A DNA stretch of 45,428 nt from the IMG/VR virus record IMGVR_UViG_3300006467_000563, positions 132,337 to 177,764 of that record. One strand, 5' to 3'. The notes under the pieces were generated by a model that had not been told where the DNA came from, made no database searches, and was given only the letters and a program-made list of their open reading frames with translations. Shown here in pieces: positions 18,790 to 28,324 of this stretch (the first letter of the stretch is position 1; each line of letters opens with the position of its first letter). Both the position numbers and the translations under genes were made by a program. This stretch comes from a virus (Duplodnaviria > Heunggongvirae > Uroviricota > Caudoviricetes).

Positions 18790-19253
18790 AGAAAAAAGAA
18801 CAGATTAAGATTTTGTATGAAAACTTCTGTGATATGATGGCCATTAATGGTGAACTGGCCAATCAATTACATGTATTGCAAGAAGAAAAAGATTCGGTCG
18901 AAGAACACAACAACATTCTTACTAAGAGGGTAAACCAACTGGCTAAAAGTAAAAAGGACATCGAATCAGAGATGTATAAGCTGCGAAGTCACGGTTTAGA
19001 TTTAGTTATTAAGGTAGAAAGTCAACGAGACCGAGTAGAAAACGCTGAAAAAATGCGTGATTCATATAAAGAGACGTTGAGATATCAGGTGGATGAAGCA
19101 TTGAAGTATGAAAATAGGTCTGTACTTTTATGTTTTGTAATTGCCTGTATTTTATTTTTTGGAGGATGGGCGTATGTCAATCTACACGCACGTTATTACG
19201 ACCTATTAGAGAACCAGTCACAACCAGTTGTTGAAACAGTAAATCCTTGCTAA
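18786..19253 (+). CDS. Coiled-coil protein with C-terminal TM helix
   Basis: Heptad pattern then VLLCFVIACILFFGGWAYV. Confidence 0.6.
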   Translation: MKKKEQIKILYENFCDMMAINGELANQLHVLQEEKDSVEEHNNILTKRVNQLAKSKKDIESEMYKLRSHGLDLVIKVESQRDRVENAEKMRDSYKETLRYQVDEALKYENRSVLLCFVIACILFFGGWAYVNLHARYYDLLENQSQPVVETVNPC

Positions 19254-19625
19254 TACACGACGTAAATGTTTGTCAGGAAATAGTAGGTCAACTTAACAGA
19301 CAATGCTGTTGAAAACCGGCCTCTTTTTTCCTGCCAAACTAACACGTTCGTGTTAAGTATGTGATTGACCTTTTTCAAGGTGTACCTTCCCCATTTTAAG
19401 TAACAAACGGTGATATAGATGATTAAGTTCTAATCTTTTTCTTTTAAACTACTGGTATATAAGGATTTATGAATTTTAGATTATATATGTTATTGCACTG
19501 CGTGCATATCACCTATTCTAAACAACTACCTTATGTAATAGTTACCTCCTGAGATTCGAAAACATTCGTCAAAAAATCTAAGTTTTTCCAAAAAAAGAAA
19601 AAATAAAATAATTGGCTTTCTGGGG

Positions 19626-19654
19626 TTGACATGTGAGTCTAATTGTGATAGGAT
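19626..19654 (+). promoter_or_regulatory. Sigma-70-type promoter, probably leaderless transcript
   Basis: TTGACA-17-TAGGAT, ATG 6 nt downstream, no SD. Confidence 0.7.
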
Positions 19655-19660
19655 ACACAT

Positions 19661-20023
19661 ATGCATAAGAATAAAGATTTTTTTGAAGGATACAAGACTA
19701 GTAAATTTGTGATTGCTAGAAAAAAGGAAGAAGCTAGAGAACTATTTAGAAAACGTATATCAAACATGTATTTTTATAGGCAATATGACCTTGACAAATT
19801 TCTTAATAAGATGTTTGGATATGTTAATACTGAAAATGCAATTACTGAAGTAATGTTTCGATTTGGAGAAATAGTCAGAGTGTGTTACTGGGCAAGATGT
19901 TTTGAATTACTAGACAGCAAAGATAATGTACTAGCTGTTGGTGAAGAAGACATCATGATGTATTTTTATGACATGAATCCAGATGCAGCAACAATAGCTT
20001 TAAGTAGAATGGATGAATATTAA
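19661..20023 (+). CDS. Hypothetical protein
   Basis: ORF behind promoter, coupled to next gene. Confidence 0.55.
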   Translation: MHKNKDFFEGYKTSKFVIARKKEEARELFRKRISNMYFYRQYDLDKFLNKMFGYVNTENAITEVMFRFGEIVRVCYWARCFELLDSKDNVLAVGEEDIMMYFYDMNPDAATIALSRMDEY

Positions 20024-20700
20024 TGTTAACTTGGTTTATTAGTGATACACATGGGCAACACAATGATGTAGTTGTGCCAACATGTGCCGTAGATACAGTC
20101 ATCTTCTGCGGCGATGAGGCTAATCATTACGACCCAGCACAAAATTGGCATGAATCCATGCAATTCTTTCATTGGTTTGCGGCACTTCCTATTGAGAATA
20201 AAGTATTCGTACCGGGAAATCATTCTACAGCAGTAGAGGCTGGTTTGGTAGAGCCTGAACGCTGGCCAGAGATTAACTTTCTGATTCATGACTCCATTAC
20301 TATTAATGGGTATAAGATTTTTGGCTCTCCTTACACTCCAGCATATGGCCGAAGTTGGGCTTACATGCACACACGCAATCGTTTACAATATGTTTGGAGT
20401 AGTGTACCTGAATGTGATATTCTTATTACACACGGACCACCGAAAGGTATTTTAGACCTTACACATGATAGGGAAACTGGAGAATTGACACAAGCTGGTT
20501 GTGAGTATCTTTGGTATCGAACGAATCAGATTAAACCTCTTGTACATGCTTTTGGACATATCCATCAAGAGGCTGGTTGTAATAATGTTGGAATTTTTGA
20601 GAAGAATGGTATTGAATTTGTAAACTGTGCATGCTATAATCATAGAGACAAAGAATTATACCACGGACATGTAATCGATTTAGACAGTTTGGGGGAATAA
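20023..20700 (+). CDS. Calcineurin-like metallophosphoesterase
   Basis: ISDTHG, CGDE, PGNH, THGPP, FGHIH motifs (MPPED/239FB-like pattern). Confidence 0.9.
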   Translation: MLTWFISDTHGQHNDVVVPTCAVDTVIFCGDEANHYDPAQNWHESMQFFHWFAALPIENKVFVPGNHSTAVEAGLVEPERWPEINFLIHDSITINGYKIFGSPYTPAYGRSWAYMHTRNRLQYVWSSVPECDILITHGPPKGILDLTHDRETGELTQAGCEYLWYRTNQIKPLVHAFGHIHQEAGCNNVGIFEKNGIEFVNCACYNHRDKELYHGHVIDLDSLGE

Positions 20701-20975
20701 TGCGTTATCAATTCGTTTTAGAGTATAACAAAGATAGTGATTGTGGAAAAATCAATACTATTGTTGACATTGTAAACAGTTCTATGAAAGACTTTGGTTA
20801 CTCAGAAAGAGATACTGGTCTACATAAAATGACGCCGCCACAAATTGTGATGGATGTAGACGTTGAACTTTCAGAAGAGATAATCGCAGGATGTATTAAT
20901 GAGGTAAATGAAACTTTAGTAGAGAGTGATTTACCATTCACATGTTTAGGTGTAGAAAGGGTTGAAGATGAATAA
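20700..20975 (+). CDS. Hypothetical protein
   Basis: Coupled ORF. Confidence 0.55.
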   Translation: MRYQFVLEYNKDSDCGKINTIVDIVNSSMKDFGYSERDTGLHKMTPPQIVMDVDVELSEEIIAGCINEVNETLVESDLPFTCLGVERVEDE

Positions 20976-21267
20976 AGTAGAAGCTATGGAATTGCTAGAA
21001 CAGGGAAAAGTAATTACTAATGTAACATGGGAGGACACTGACGCAGTTGTTAAAGCTGGAGAAAAATATGTCTTGTTAGAACCGAGAGAGGGAGCAACTG
21101 GTAAATATCAAGTTCTGAATATGGCTGCACTAGATTTTGTTTGTTTTCAGCTTGAAGATGGTTATGAAGTAAAAGAGCTTGACTGCGAACTACCTGATGA
21201 TATTTCAGAAGAACAGAAGAGTGCTATCATTGCTATGACTAATTTGATTGACGCGTTATTAAAATAG
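20968..21267 (+). CDS. DUF2829/Tad2-like paralog
   Basis: MNKVEAMELLEQGKVITNVTW...EDGYEV. Confidence 0.55.
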   Translation: MNKVEAMELLEQGKVITNVTWEDTDAVVKAGEKYVLLEPREGATGKYQVLNMAALDFVCFQLEDGYEVKELDCELPDDISEEQKSAIIAMTNLIDALLK

Positions 21268-21274
21268 GTGACAT

Positions 21275-21508
21275 ATGTTAACTAGAGAAGAAGCAAAAGA
21301 ATTGTTTGTAAAGGGCTACCCAATTACTAATGCTGGTTGGTCTGCTACTGAGGCTATTGTCAAATGTGGAAACATCGCTCTTTTAATGGAGGGTAGCTCT
21401 ACATCAGTTACTGGCACTTATCATAAGTGTCCATCCCAACATGTTGAAGACATTTGTTTCAAGGCAAGTGACGGATATAGAGTTGTACAATTTGAGGTGG
21501 AGCTATGA
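21275..21508 (+). CDS. DUF2829/Tad2-like paralog, tandem duplicate of previous gene
   Basis: EEAKELFVKGYPITNAGW...TGTYH...CF..SDGYRVV aligns with 20968 ORF. Confidence 0.55.
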   Translation: MLTREEAKELFVKGYPITNAGWSATEAIVKCGNIALLMEGSSTSVTGTYHKCPSQHVEDICFKASDGYRVVQFEVEL

Positions 21509-21711
21509 TGTACTATGTATATTGTGATGGCGAGGTAGAGGTATTTAAAGAACCTCATGATGCTAAAGACAGGGTTGATGAATTAAAAGAGTATGGCGTA
21601 GATATTTGTGTGCTGTCCCCTATTACTTATATTGATGAAAATGGAAATCACCATATGACAAAACTTGGTGAGTTGAGTGTTAAACATTATTGGGAAATTA
21701 TGAATGGCTGA
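21505..21711 (+). CDS. Hypothetical protein
   Basis: Coupled ORF with GGAG SD. Confidence 0.5.
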   Translation: MMYYVYCDGEVEVFKEPHDAKDRVDELKEYGVDICVLSPITYIDENGNHHMTKLGELSVKHYWEIMNG

Positions 21712-22183
21712 CTGGAATAAAGATAACACTGTTGGATGTATGAAACATATGGAAGCAGAAATGATTACATATGGCTCACATGAATTCTCCATGCATCTAT
21801 GGGATGATGTTAAAAACGCGAATTGGCACAAACCGGATGGTGGACTGTGGGCATGTCCTACAGAAACTGACGAGTGGAAAAAATGGTGTATTGCAGAAGA
21901 TTATCATCTTGGTGGACTAAAAGGACATTTCAAGTTTATATATAGTGGAAATACTTTCGTTATTGATGGACTTGGTCATGCAATGCAGCTTCCTTGGTTA
22001 TCTGAAGATAGATTTGAGTATGCTATTGACTTTGAAGAAATGTATCGTCAGGGTGTAGATGGTGTATTTTTAACTAGCGAAGGACAATGGGATACCAGAC
22101 ATAGTAGTCCTAAAAACCTGTATGGATGGGATGTTGAGAGTATCGTCATCCTTAATCCTAATTCTATTATGGAGCTAGTATGA
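21704..22183 (+). CDS. Conserved viral protein (KPxGGLW...EWxxWC...LYGWDVES family)
   Basis: Recognisable motif set; function unknown. Confidence 0.65.
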   Translation: MADWNKDNTVGCMKHMEAEMITYGSHEFSMHLWDDVKNANWHKPDGGLWACPTETDEWKKWCIAEDYHLGGLKGHFKFIYSGNTFVIDGLGHAMQLPWLSEDRFEYAIDFEEMYRQGVDGVFLTSEGQWDTRHSSPKNLYGWDVESIVILNPNSIMELV

Positions 22184-22371
22184 CTACAGCACAACTTCAA
22201 TATTTCGAAGAGTGGCCTTTAGCTGATATTCAGGCAGAGTTGGACTTCATGAGAGAAGTTTCCCCAAGATTGTTGGGCCATACAGACATACATCTGTTGT
22301 ATCATGACATCAGAATTTTAGCTCAACGCGTACAGGATATGATAAATGAAAGAGAAGAAGAAAAAGAGTAA
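22180..22371 (+). CDS. Hypothetical protein
   Basis: Coupled ORF. Confidence 0.5.
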   Translation: MTTAQLQYFEEWPLADIQAELDFMREVSPRLLGHTDIHLLYHDIRILAQRVQDMINEREEEKE

Positions 22372-22540
22372 GAAGAGCAAGTACTGTGATTTTGAAGGCA
22401 TTTTGAACATTGTAAAATCAATGAAAAATATGCCAAAGAAGATACCTTGCCCGGAATGTAAACGTAAGATGGAACCAACAGTTGATTTTAACTTCGGTGA
22501 CATTATCCTCTCATTCAAAAAACATCGGAGAAAGAAATGA
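22346..22540 (+). CDS. Small basic protein with CxxC
   Basis: KIPCPECKRKME; start uncertain. Confidence 0.4.
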   Translation: MKEKKKKSKKSKYCDFEGILNIVKSMKNMPKKIPCPECKRKMEPTVDFNFGDIILSFKKHRRKK

Positions 22541-22752
22541 CAGAGACAGAAGCAGTAATCAATTATCTCAATGCCAAACTAGATGAAGCAAAAAATTTCA
22601 GAGCCGAATTAGACACAAGTGGACATGAGGTTAAGTCATTCTATTCTCAAATAATTCTCCATAATGAGTTAGCTTACACTCAAGAGTTTATTGATGCAGT
22701 TGAAGCGTGTATTAATAGATTAAAGAAATGTTGTAAGGTGGATAATGATTAA
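22537..22752 (+). CDS. Hypothetical protein
   Basis: Coupled ORF. Confidence 0.5.
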   Translation: MTETEAVINYLNAKLDEAKNFRAELDTSGHEVKSFYSQIILHNELAYTQEFIDAVEACINRLKKCCKVDND

Positions 22753-22885
22753 TATACTTTCAGGTCTATTCGTTTTGTATGCGATGTATTTAACTATCGA
22801 TGTGAGAGACAAGTTTAGTTGGCTGGAGCTTTTCTCTTTGCTATATGTATTTGCAGCTATTTCTTTTGGTATTGGACAGTTATAA
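22745..22885 (+). CDS. Small two-TM membrane protein (46 aa)
   Basis: Not in ORF track; MINILSGLFVLYAMYLTIDVRDKFSWLELFSLLYVFAAISFGIGQL, TAATG-coupled to next gene. Confidence 0.5.
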   Translation: MINILSGLFVLYAMYLTIDVRDKFSWLELFSLLYVFAAISFGIGQL

Positions 22886-23370
22886 TGGGAATGTATACAG
22901 GGTTACGAGCAGAGGTAGTTGTTAAGCCCAAATATAGAGAAGCGATTTCAATGCTACATCTTTGTTCAGGCTTTGATGATTGGCGTGAAGTAGATATGGC
23001 GTACAATATACCAAACTTAGACAAATGGCTACAGTATGGTAGACACAATTTCATACCATTTGGTGTGTTAGCTTATATGCCAGATGACTTTGGTGACTTG
23101 GTAGAAAATAAAGATGGCGACTCACTTTTTGATTTCGAAAGTGGTGTTTGGAAATTCGCCTGCTCACTTAAGAACTATCATAATGAAATTGAATGGTTTG
23201 TTAATAACATTCTATTTGAACTGTGTGAATCAATGGCTTATTGTGAGTCACTTTATGAAGTGTATCCTTCCCCACATAGTGCAACACATGACGAACCATT
23301 TAGTCCAGAAGAGTACGAATGGTGGAAACGTTTTACAACTAATTGGAAAAAAGGTTTTGAGAGGTTATAA
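22885..23370 (+). CDS. Conserved phage protein (MGMYT...SLKNY..EIE family)
   Basis: Recognisable motifs; start moved to MGMYT. Confidence 0.65.
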   Translation: MGMYTGLRAEVVVKPKYREAISMLHLCSGFDDWREVDMAYNIPNLDKWLQYGRHNFIPFGVLAYMPDDFGDLVENKDGDSLFDFESGVWKFACSLKNYHNEIEWFVNNILFELCESMAYCESLYEVYPSPHSATHDEPFSPEEYEWWKRFTTNWKKGFERL

Positions 23371-23762
23371 TGGCTTGTGATATAAGTGATGTATTTAATT
23401 TGTTAATGGCGGGCGAGAAGATTCGCTCAACAGAGTGGTCAGCCAACCAGTATATTTGGCTGGTAAATTGTGACATTGTAGACCAAGATGGTAATTCTTA
23501 TGACTTTACTATCTCTGGTACTAATGCGGATGAGTGGGAGAGTTTTACTCCTACTATTGATGTGGGTTACTACCACCTGAATTCTAACTATACTTTAGTT
23601 TATTACAATGGTACTGACTTTTCCTCATACAACGGCAGTGGATGGTCTTCTTACTCCGTTCCAGACGAAGATGAGTTTTTAAACGAGCATACTTTGATTT
23701 TAGAGTCTGCTAACAGGGACAGACAGGTTGTCTACACAGTTGTTGATGTATTAGAATCATAG
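23370..23762 (+). CDS. DUF2829/Tad2-like paralog with aromatic C-terminal module
   Basis: LMAGEKIRSTEW...YIWL...NADEWE then GYYHL...YYNG...GW. Confidence 0.6.
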   Translation: MACDISDVFNLLMAGEKIRSTEWSANQYIWLVNCDIVDQDGNSYDFTISGTNADEWESFTPTIDVGYYHLNSNYTLVYYNGTDFSSYNGSGWSSYSVPDEDEFLNEHTLILESANRDRQVVYTVVDVLES

Positions 23763-23770
23763 GAGCTATA

Positions 23771-24163
23771 ATGAATATTATTGAAGTTGCACGAGCATTA
23801 CGCGAAGGAAAGTATGTAAGCAGTGAAGATTGGCTAGTAGGCTCGTTTATCTATCTAAAAAACGGTGTTGTGTATGATGAATGTGGTTCAGAAGCAAAAA
23901 TTTGTATGGAAAGTATCTCAGATATTGAAAGTGATGAATATTTTGTACTTGAATTTCCAATAGGTTTGTATACATTAGATGGAGGTTTATATCGCTATGA
24001 TGGAGATATGTGGGAGCAGTGGGAATGGAATGGTTTATGCTGGAAAAGTGTCGATTATTTGACAGAGGCTACTGCTTTACACCACTGCAAACAGTCAGAA
24101 TTAAACAATATGTCTCCCTGTGTTGAGTTAAACGGAAAAGGATTTCATTTTAATCGATTATGA
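23771..24163 (+). CDS. DUF2829/Tad2-like paralog with aromatic C-terminal module
   Basis: MNIIEVARALREGKYVSSEDW...DIESDEY then GLYTLDG..YRYDG..W. Confidence 0.6.
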   Translation: MNIIEVARALREGKYVSSEDWLVGSFIYLKNGVVYDECGSEAKICMESISDIESDEYFVLEFPIGLYTLDGGLYRYDGDMWEQWEWNGLCWKSVDYLTEATALHHCKQSELNNMSPCVELNGKGFHFNRL

Positions 24164-24621
24164 AACTAGCGACATTAGACATACTGAACTGGAACACCTC
24201 TTTAGGTGGAGAGCATTATACGGGAACTATCCATTATGACCATAACGGTGAAACCATATATCACGAGTTGGAATACGAACTTAGTACAAGTCAGGCTAAA
24301 TATCTAAACAAAAAAGATGGCTGCTCTATGTATAAGCAAGGCAGCTTATCTAACAGGTTTTTTAAGCAACACCATTTGTATAAAATTGCAACTGAGTTCT
24401 GTAAGTCAAAAAATATTAACCTACTTCTTAAACATGGCACGAAGATTCAACCCGGAGTGGTTATTTACTGCTCTGATGAAGAGCTAAAGAAAAAGCTAGT
24501 ACATATTAGTGCGTTAACAGAGTGGATGTACTCTAAAACATATGACCCTTGGGCAACATTCGGTGAAGAGGCCGACAGGTTGTGGGACGAATGGGAATCT
24601 TTATTGAAGGACTTTAAGTAA
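24160..24621 (+). CDS. Hypothetical protein
   Basis: Coupled 153 aa ORF. Confidence 0.6.
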   Translation: MKLATLDILNWNTSLGGEHYTGTIHYDHNGETIYHELEYELSTSQAKYLNKKDGCSMYKQGSLSNRFFKQHHLYKIATEFCKSKNINLLLKHGTKIQPGVVIYCSDEELKKKLVHISALTEWMYSKTYDPWATFGEEADRLWDEWESLLKDFK

Positions 24622-24881
24622 TGAATTTTGTAATAGCTGTATGGATTATATGTCTTATTTTCCCTCCTATCATCACTGTTGCCTTTTTAGAAGATTGTGA
24701 TACACAGGAAGAGAAAAATGAAATAATTTTCTATGCATCGGTCGTAGTTATTTTTGGACCATTTGTAGTTTTTCCAGTAATTGCTATTGCAATTTGTTAC
24801 TTCGCTTGGTATATTGGGTGTCATGTGTTTGACGCTTGGAAATTCAAAATAAATAAATTTAGAAAATGGATGGAAGAATAA
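24621..24881 (+). CDS. Small membrane protein
   Basis: Two hydrophobic segments. Confidence 0.55.
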   Translation: MNFVIAVWIICLIFPPIITVAFLEDCDTQEEKNEIIFYASVVVIFGPFVVFPVIAIAICYFAWYIGCHVFDAWKFKINKFRKWMEE

Positions 24882-25309
24882 TGAAATTTTGGGAAGCAAT
24901 GGAAGCCTTAGCAAATGGGGCATATGTTCGTAAAACTACTTGGGTTCAATCTATCTACCTGTATTTTGATAATGGTACGGTCAGATGTCATAATGGTGAA
25001 ATACCACAAATAAATGCATATAATCTTACTGGCGGATGGGAGTATTACACATTTTTCAAAGATGGTTTCTTTCTTGTTGACGACGCTCCAGCAATCAGAT
25101 TTCTTGGTAAATGGTATATTTGGTATCAGGATAACTGGGAAATTCAAGAACGGCTTGTAGAGGTCGGGAATCTTTTGAAGTTGGATTACCTTACTGCTAA
25201 TATGGATGTCAAGCACTTTAAAGACGGTTATTTTGACCCTAAAAAGCATAAGATGAATGGAAAAATCCTAATGATGAATGTACCTACAGCAGTGGCGGAG
25301 TTACCATGA
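24881..25309 (+). CDS. DUF2829/Tad2-like paralog with aromatic C-terminal module
   Basis: MKFWEAMEALANGAYVRKTTW...GGWEY then DGFFLVD..IRF.GKWY.W...GYFDP. Confidence 0.65.
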   Translation: MKFWEAMEALANGAYVRKTTWVQSIYLYFDNGTVRCHNGEIPQINAYNLTGGWEYYTFFKDGFFLVDDAPAIRFLGKWYIWYQDNWEIQERLVEVGNLLKLDYLTANMDVKHFKDGYFDPKKHKMNGKILMMNVPTAVAELP

Positions 25310-25575
25310 CACATACAACTATTCAAATCATTGCAGTAATTATATTTGTAGCTTGTAATGCTGGGGCGGTCTACCTAATGTTTGCAGAGAAAAAAGAGGA
25401 CGCTAACAAACTTTCAAATACAGGCTTAATCTGCTTCCTTTCTCTCTTGCTCGTTGCTATGTCTATACAAATAAAAGACTTACATCAAGAGATAGAGGCT
25501 CAAGATATTGTGATTGCATATTACGAGCATCAGTATAAGACTAACAAACCAGATTCAAATGAGGTACAAGAATGA
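25306..25575 (+). CDS. Small two-TM membrane protein
   Basis: Two hydrophobic helices and short coiled coil. Confidence 0.55.
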   Translation: MTHTTIQIIAVIIFVACNAGAVYLMFAEKKEDANKLSNTGLICFLSLLLVAMSIQIKDLHQEIEAQDIVIAYYEHQYKTNKPDSNEVQE

Positions 25576-26021
25576 ATTTTTCAGAAGCAATACAGTGTCT
25601 TGAGGATGGTGTATCTGTTAGAAGAAAAGGTTGGGGTAATGACTATATCTATATGTGTTCTGAAGCTCAAGTAATTTACAACAATCATGATGATTGCATA
25701 GACCTGTATGTAGAGTATGACCTGTTTGATGATGAGTGGGAAATTGTAAGCCTGTTCAGAGACGGGCTGTATCAGGTAGATAATTCTTTCTGTATTAGAT
25801 ACGATGACAAGTGGTATATGGAAGCTGGAGATATGTGGCTTCATATGCATAGATGGAAAGATTACGACCCATATATCATTGATGAAGTCGCGAGGAAGCA
25901 GACAACAGAATGTATCTTTGTTGGTAACTATGACCCAGAAAATTACGTTATTGAAAATGACAAATTTATTCAAAAACGACATATCGTGGAAGATTTAAGT
26001 CCACTAAGGAGGAAATTTTGA
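25572..26021 (+). CDS. DUF2829/Tad2-like paralog with aromatic C-terminal module
   Basis: MNFSEAIQCLEDGVSVRRKGW...DLFDDEWEIV (closest to family consensus) then DGLYQVD..IRYDDKWY...GNYDPENY. Confidence 0.7.
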   Translation: MNFSEAIQCLEDGVSVRRKGWGNDYIYMCSEAQVIYNNHDDCIDLYVEYDLFDDEWEIVSLFRDGLYQVDNSFCIRYDDKWYMEAGDMWLHMHRWKDYDPYIIDEVARKQTTECIFVGNYDPENYVIENDKFIQKRHIVEDLSPLRRKF

Positions 26022-26467
26022 AATTCGCAGAAGCAATGACAGCACTAGAAGATGGTGCTCGTGTAAGAAATAAAGCATGGCCAGAAGATATGTTTATCCA
26101 CATGGTAGATGGTAATCTAGTTGGGGAAGACGGTAGAGCGTCACAAGTACAAATTACCCCTAAAAATCTATCTGGCGATTGGGAGTTCGCCTCTTTTTTC
26201 AGAGAAGGGCTTTATATTATCGATGGATGTCCATGTATCAAATACGATGGTGAATGGTATAGTAGAAGCGAATTTGAACCTAATACGAAATGGTTACAAG
26301 TTACCATTTTAAAAGAAAAGCAAGACCTTCTGTATATGAATGGGAAAAATACAGAATTTCGTACTGTCAAATTAGGTTCATATAATCCAGAAAGATATTT
26401 CGTCGAGAGAAAGGCAAACGGATACCATCTAGTCAAGAAAACATTAGTTATGGAGTTTAAAACATGA
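26018..26467 (+). CDS. DUF2829/Tad2-like paralog with aromatic C-terminal module
   Basis: MKFAEAMTALEDGARVRNKAW..DMFI...LSGDWE then EGLYIIDG..IKYDGEWY...GSYNPERY. Confidence 0.7.
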   Translation: MKFAEAMTALEDGARVRNKAWPEDMFIHMVDGNLVGEDGRASQVQITPKNLSGDWEFASFFREGLYIIDGCPCIKYDGEWYSRSEFEPNTKWLQVTILKEKQDLLYMNGKNTEFRTVKLGSYNPERYFVERKANGYHLVKKTLVMEFKT

Positions 26468-26673
26468 TTCAGGATATTTCACAAGAAGAGATTAATGAAG
26501 GTTTTATGAAGCTCCATAAGGGGTGTAATGAGTTGCATCTATCACATTCTAAAGCAATGAAAAATACCTCAGAAGCTATTAATTCCAACTCACAAGCTAT
26601 TTTGAACCTTGGAACTCTTATTACATTACTTTCAGATAGAATCACAGCATTGGAGAAGAAAAATGAAGTTTGA
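26464..26673 (+). CDS. Small coiled-coil protein
   Basis: Coupled ORF. Confidence 0.5.
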   Translation: MIQDISQEEINEGFMKLHKGCNELHLSHSKAMKNTSEAINSNSQAILNLGTLITLLSDRITALEKKNEV

Positions 26674-27109
26674 CGAAGCAATCAAAGAGTTGCTAGAAGG
26701 ACATGAAATTGAATTACCCGGAGTATCTGATAATTATATCTTACGGATTGAGGACGGAGTAATCACTGCACCGGGAATTGAATATGAAGATGGTCTTAAG
26801 ATTTTGACAAAAGAACAGCTTGAGAGCGATGGGTGGGTGGTGACTTATAGATTGCCACATGGCGTATATTTTTTCAATAATGATTTTTATCTAGTCACAT
26901 CAAATAATATCTTGTATTATTCTGTAATTGCCAGTACGTGGCAGCAATCTGCTTATGGACGTCACCATTTCTTATCTTTGTATAGAGAGGGCAAAATAGA
27001 ATTAAAGTTTGAAGGGAAGTTTGACCCAGATTTGTGTATGGTAGATTATTCTCCTACATTTGTTCAATTTGAAACTAAGGAAGATGCAGAGTCTGCCAAA
27101 AAGAGATAA
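26663..27109 (+). CDS. DUF2829/Tad2-like paralog with aromatic C-terminal module
   Basis: MKFDEAIKELLEGHEI...QLESDGWVV then GVYFF...W...GKFDP. Confidence 0.6.
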   Translation: MKFDEAIKELLEGHEIELPGVSDNYILRIEDGVITAPGIEYEDGLKILTKEQLESDGWVVTYRLPHGVYFFNNDFYLVTSNNILYYSVIASTWQQSAYGRHHFLSLYREGKIELKFEGKFDPDLCMVDYSPTFVQFETKEDAESAKKR

Positions 27110-27369
27110 TGATGAATGAATTGATAATAACGCCGGGGTTATATTATTTAGACTCCCCAGTTCCAGATATATATCTGTATTTCAATGATAAATGGTATTA
27201 CTGGTTACTAATAGGTGAGTGGATGCCATCTACATCCAATCCAGACACACTAAAACATCATATCTTGGCAGGTATTTTGAAACTAGTCGAAGAAGGCGAT
27301 TTTCCACCAGAGATGTATGGTGTAGAGAGATTTCCAAGAATAGTACCAATGGAGAAATTAAATGAATAA
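27109..27369 (+). CDS. Stand-alone copy of the aromatic C-terminal module
   Basis: PGLYYLD...LYFNDKWYYW..GEWMP...GDFPPEMY with no Tad2-like N-terminus. Confidence 0.6.
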   Translation: MMNELIITPGLYYLDSPVPDIYLYFNDKWYYWLLIGEWMPSTSNPDTLKHHILAGILKLVEEGDFPPEMYGVERFPRIVPMEKLNE

Positions 27370-27544
27370 GTTAAAAGAAGCAGCAGCACAGTTGCGAAAA
27401 ATAGAAGCATACATTAATAAACACGGTGTAAATATGCATCCAGTAACCAAAGTTTTTGGTGATGTACTAGACTCTATAGAAGAGCTGGAAAAAGAAAATG
27501 CCGTATTAAGAAATCAACTTGAACTACTTGGAGGGGATGAATAA
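27362..27544 (+). CDS. Small coiled-coil protein
   Basis: Coupled ORF. Confidence 0.5.
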   Translation: MNKLKEAAAQLRKIEAYINKHGVNMHPVTKVFGDVLDSIEELEKENAVLRNQLELLGGDE

Positions 27545-28173
27545 TGGGATGTGACATCCATATTTTTACTGAAGCAAAAAAACCTATTCTGGACGATGAA
27601 CAGTGGATTAACATTGACAATTGGCGGCTTAATCCTTATTATGGTTCAGAAGACGAAAAAGACCTAGATGAAGATGACTGGCGTGAACCAGAGTATAAAA
27701 TCCATGAAATCTATCGTGGAAGAAATTACCATCTATTTGCACGTCTTGCAGATGTTCGCAATTATTATGGTTGTGAGTATATTGATAGACCGAGAGGGAT
27801 TCCAAACGACGCGTGCGATGTGGTAAAGAAAGAGGCAGAGCAATGGGGTCGTGATGGACATAGCCACAGCTACTGCACTCTGAAAGAACTCAAAGAATTT
27901 CAAGCCAAACACAAAACTATCAAAATTAAAGGTCTAATTGGTAAAAAACAAAAGGAAGACCTAGATAATGGTATTAAACCGCAGTCTTGGTGTCAGTGGT
28001 CGAATTCGGATGAATATGTAGAGGCTGAGTGGGAAGACGAGGACCATTGTCTAGATAACCTCATTGAGTGTCTTACAAATCGTATGGATGATACATTCTG
28101 GCTGTTTGGTCGTGAAGAACGCTATCCAGAATTTGAAGATAAAATCAGAGTTGTATTTTGGTTTGATAATTAG
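27544..28173 (+). CDS. Conserved phage protein (MGCDIH...RNY.LFA.LA.VR...HSHS...RVVFWFDN family)
   Basis: Widely recurring phage motif set; function unknown. Confidence 0.75.
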   Translation: MGCDIHIFTEAKKPILDDEQWINIDNWRLNPYYGSEDEKDLDEDDWREPEYKIHEIYRGRNYHLFARLADVRNYYGCEYIDRPRGIPNDACDVVKKEAEQWGRDGHSHSYCTLKELKEFQAKHKTIKIKGLIGKKQKEDLDNGIKPQSWCQWSNSDEYVEAEWEDEDHCLDNLIECLTNRMDDTFWLFGREERYPEFEDKIRVVFWFDN

Positions 28174-28248
28174 GATACAGTATGACATATCAATGGCGAG
28201 AGATAGTAGAAATTTCTGGAAAAAAGTATCTTTTAAACGTAGATTGGG

Positions 28249-28277
28249 TTGACGGGGAAGTCAAAAAGTATTATGAT
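28249..28277 (+). promoter_or_regulatory. Sigma-70-type promoter
   Basis: TTGACG-17-TATGAT in an intergenic gap. Confidence 0.65.
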
Positions 28278-28324
28278 GTAGCTATACAGAACGAGTTATC
28301 TCAATATGAGAAGAAAGAAAAATA

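Noticed and set aside
23370-27369. Diversity-generating retroelement behind the paralog diversity
   Set aside because: No reverse transcriptase and no near-identical TR/VR pair with adenine-specific differences
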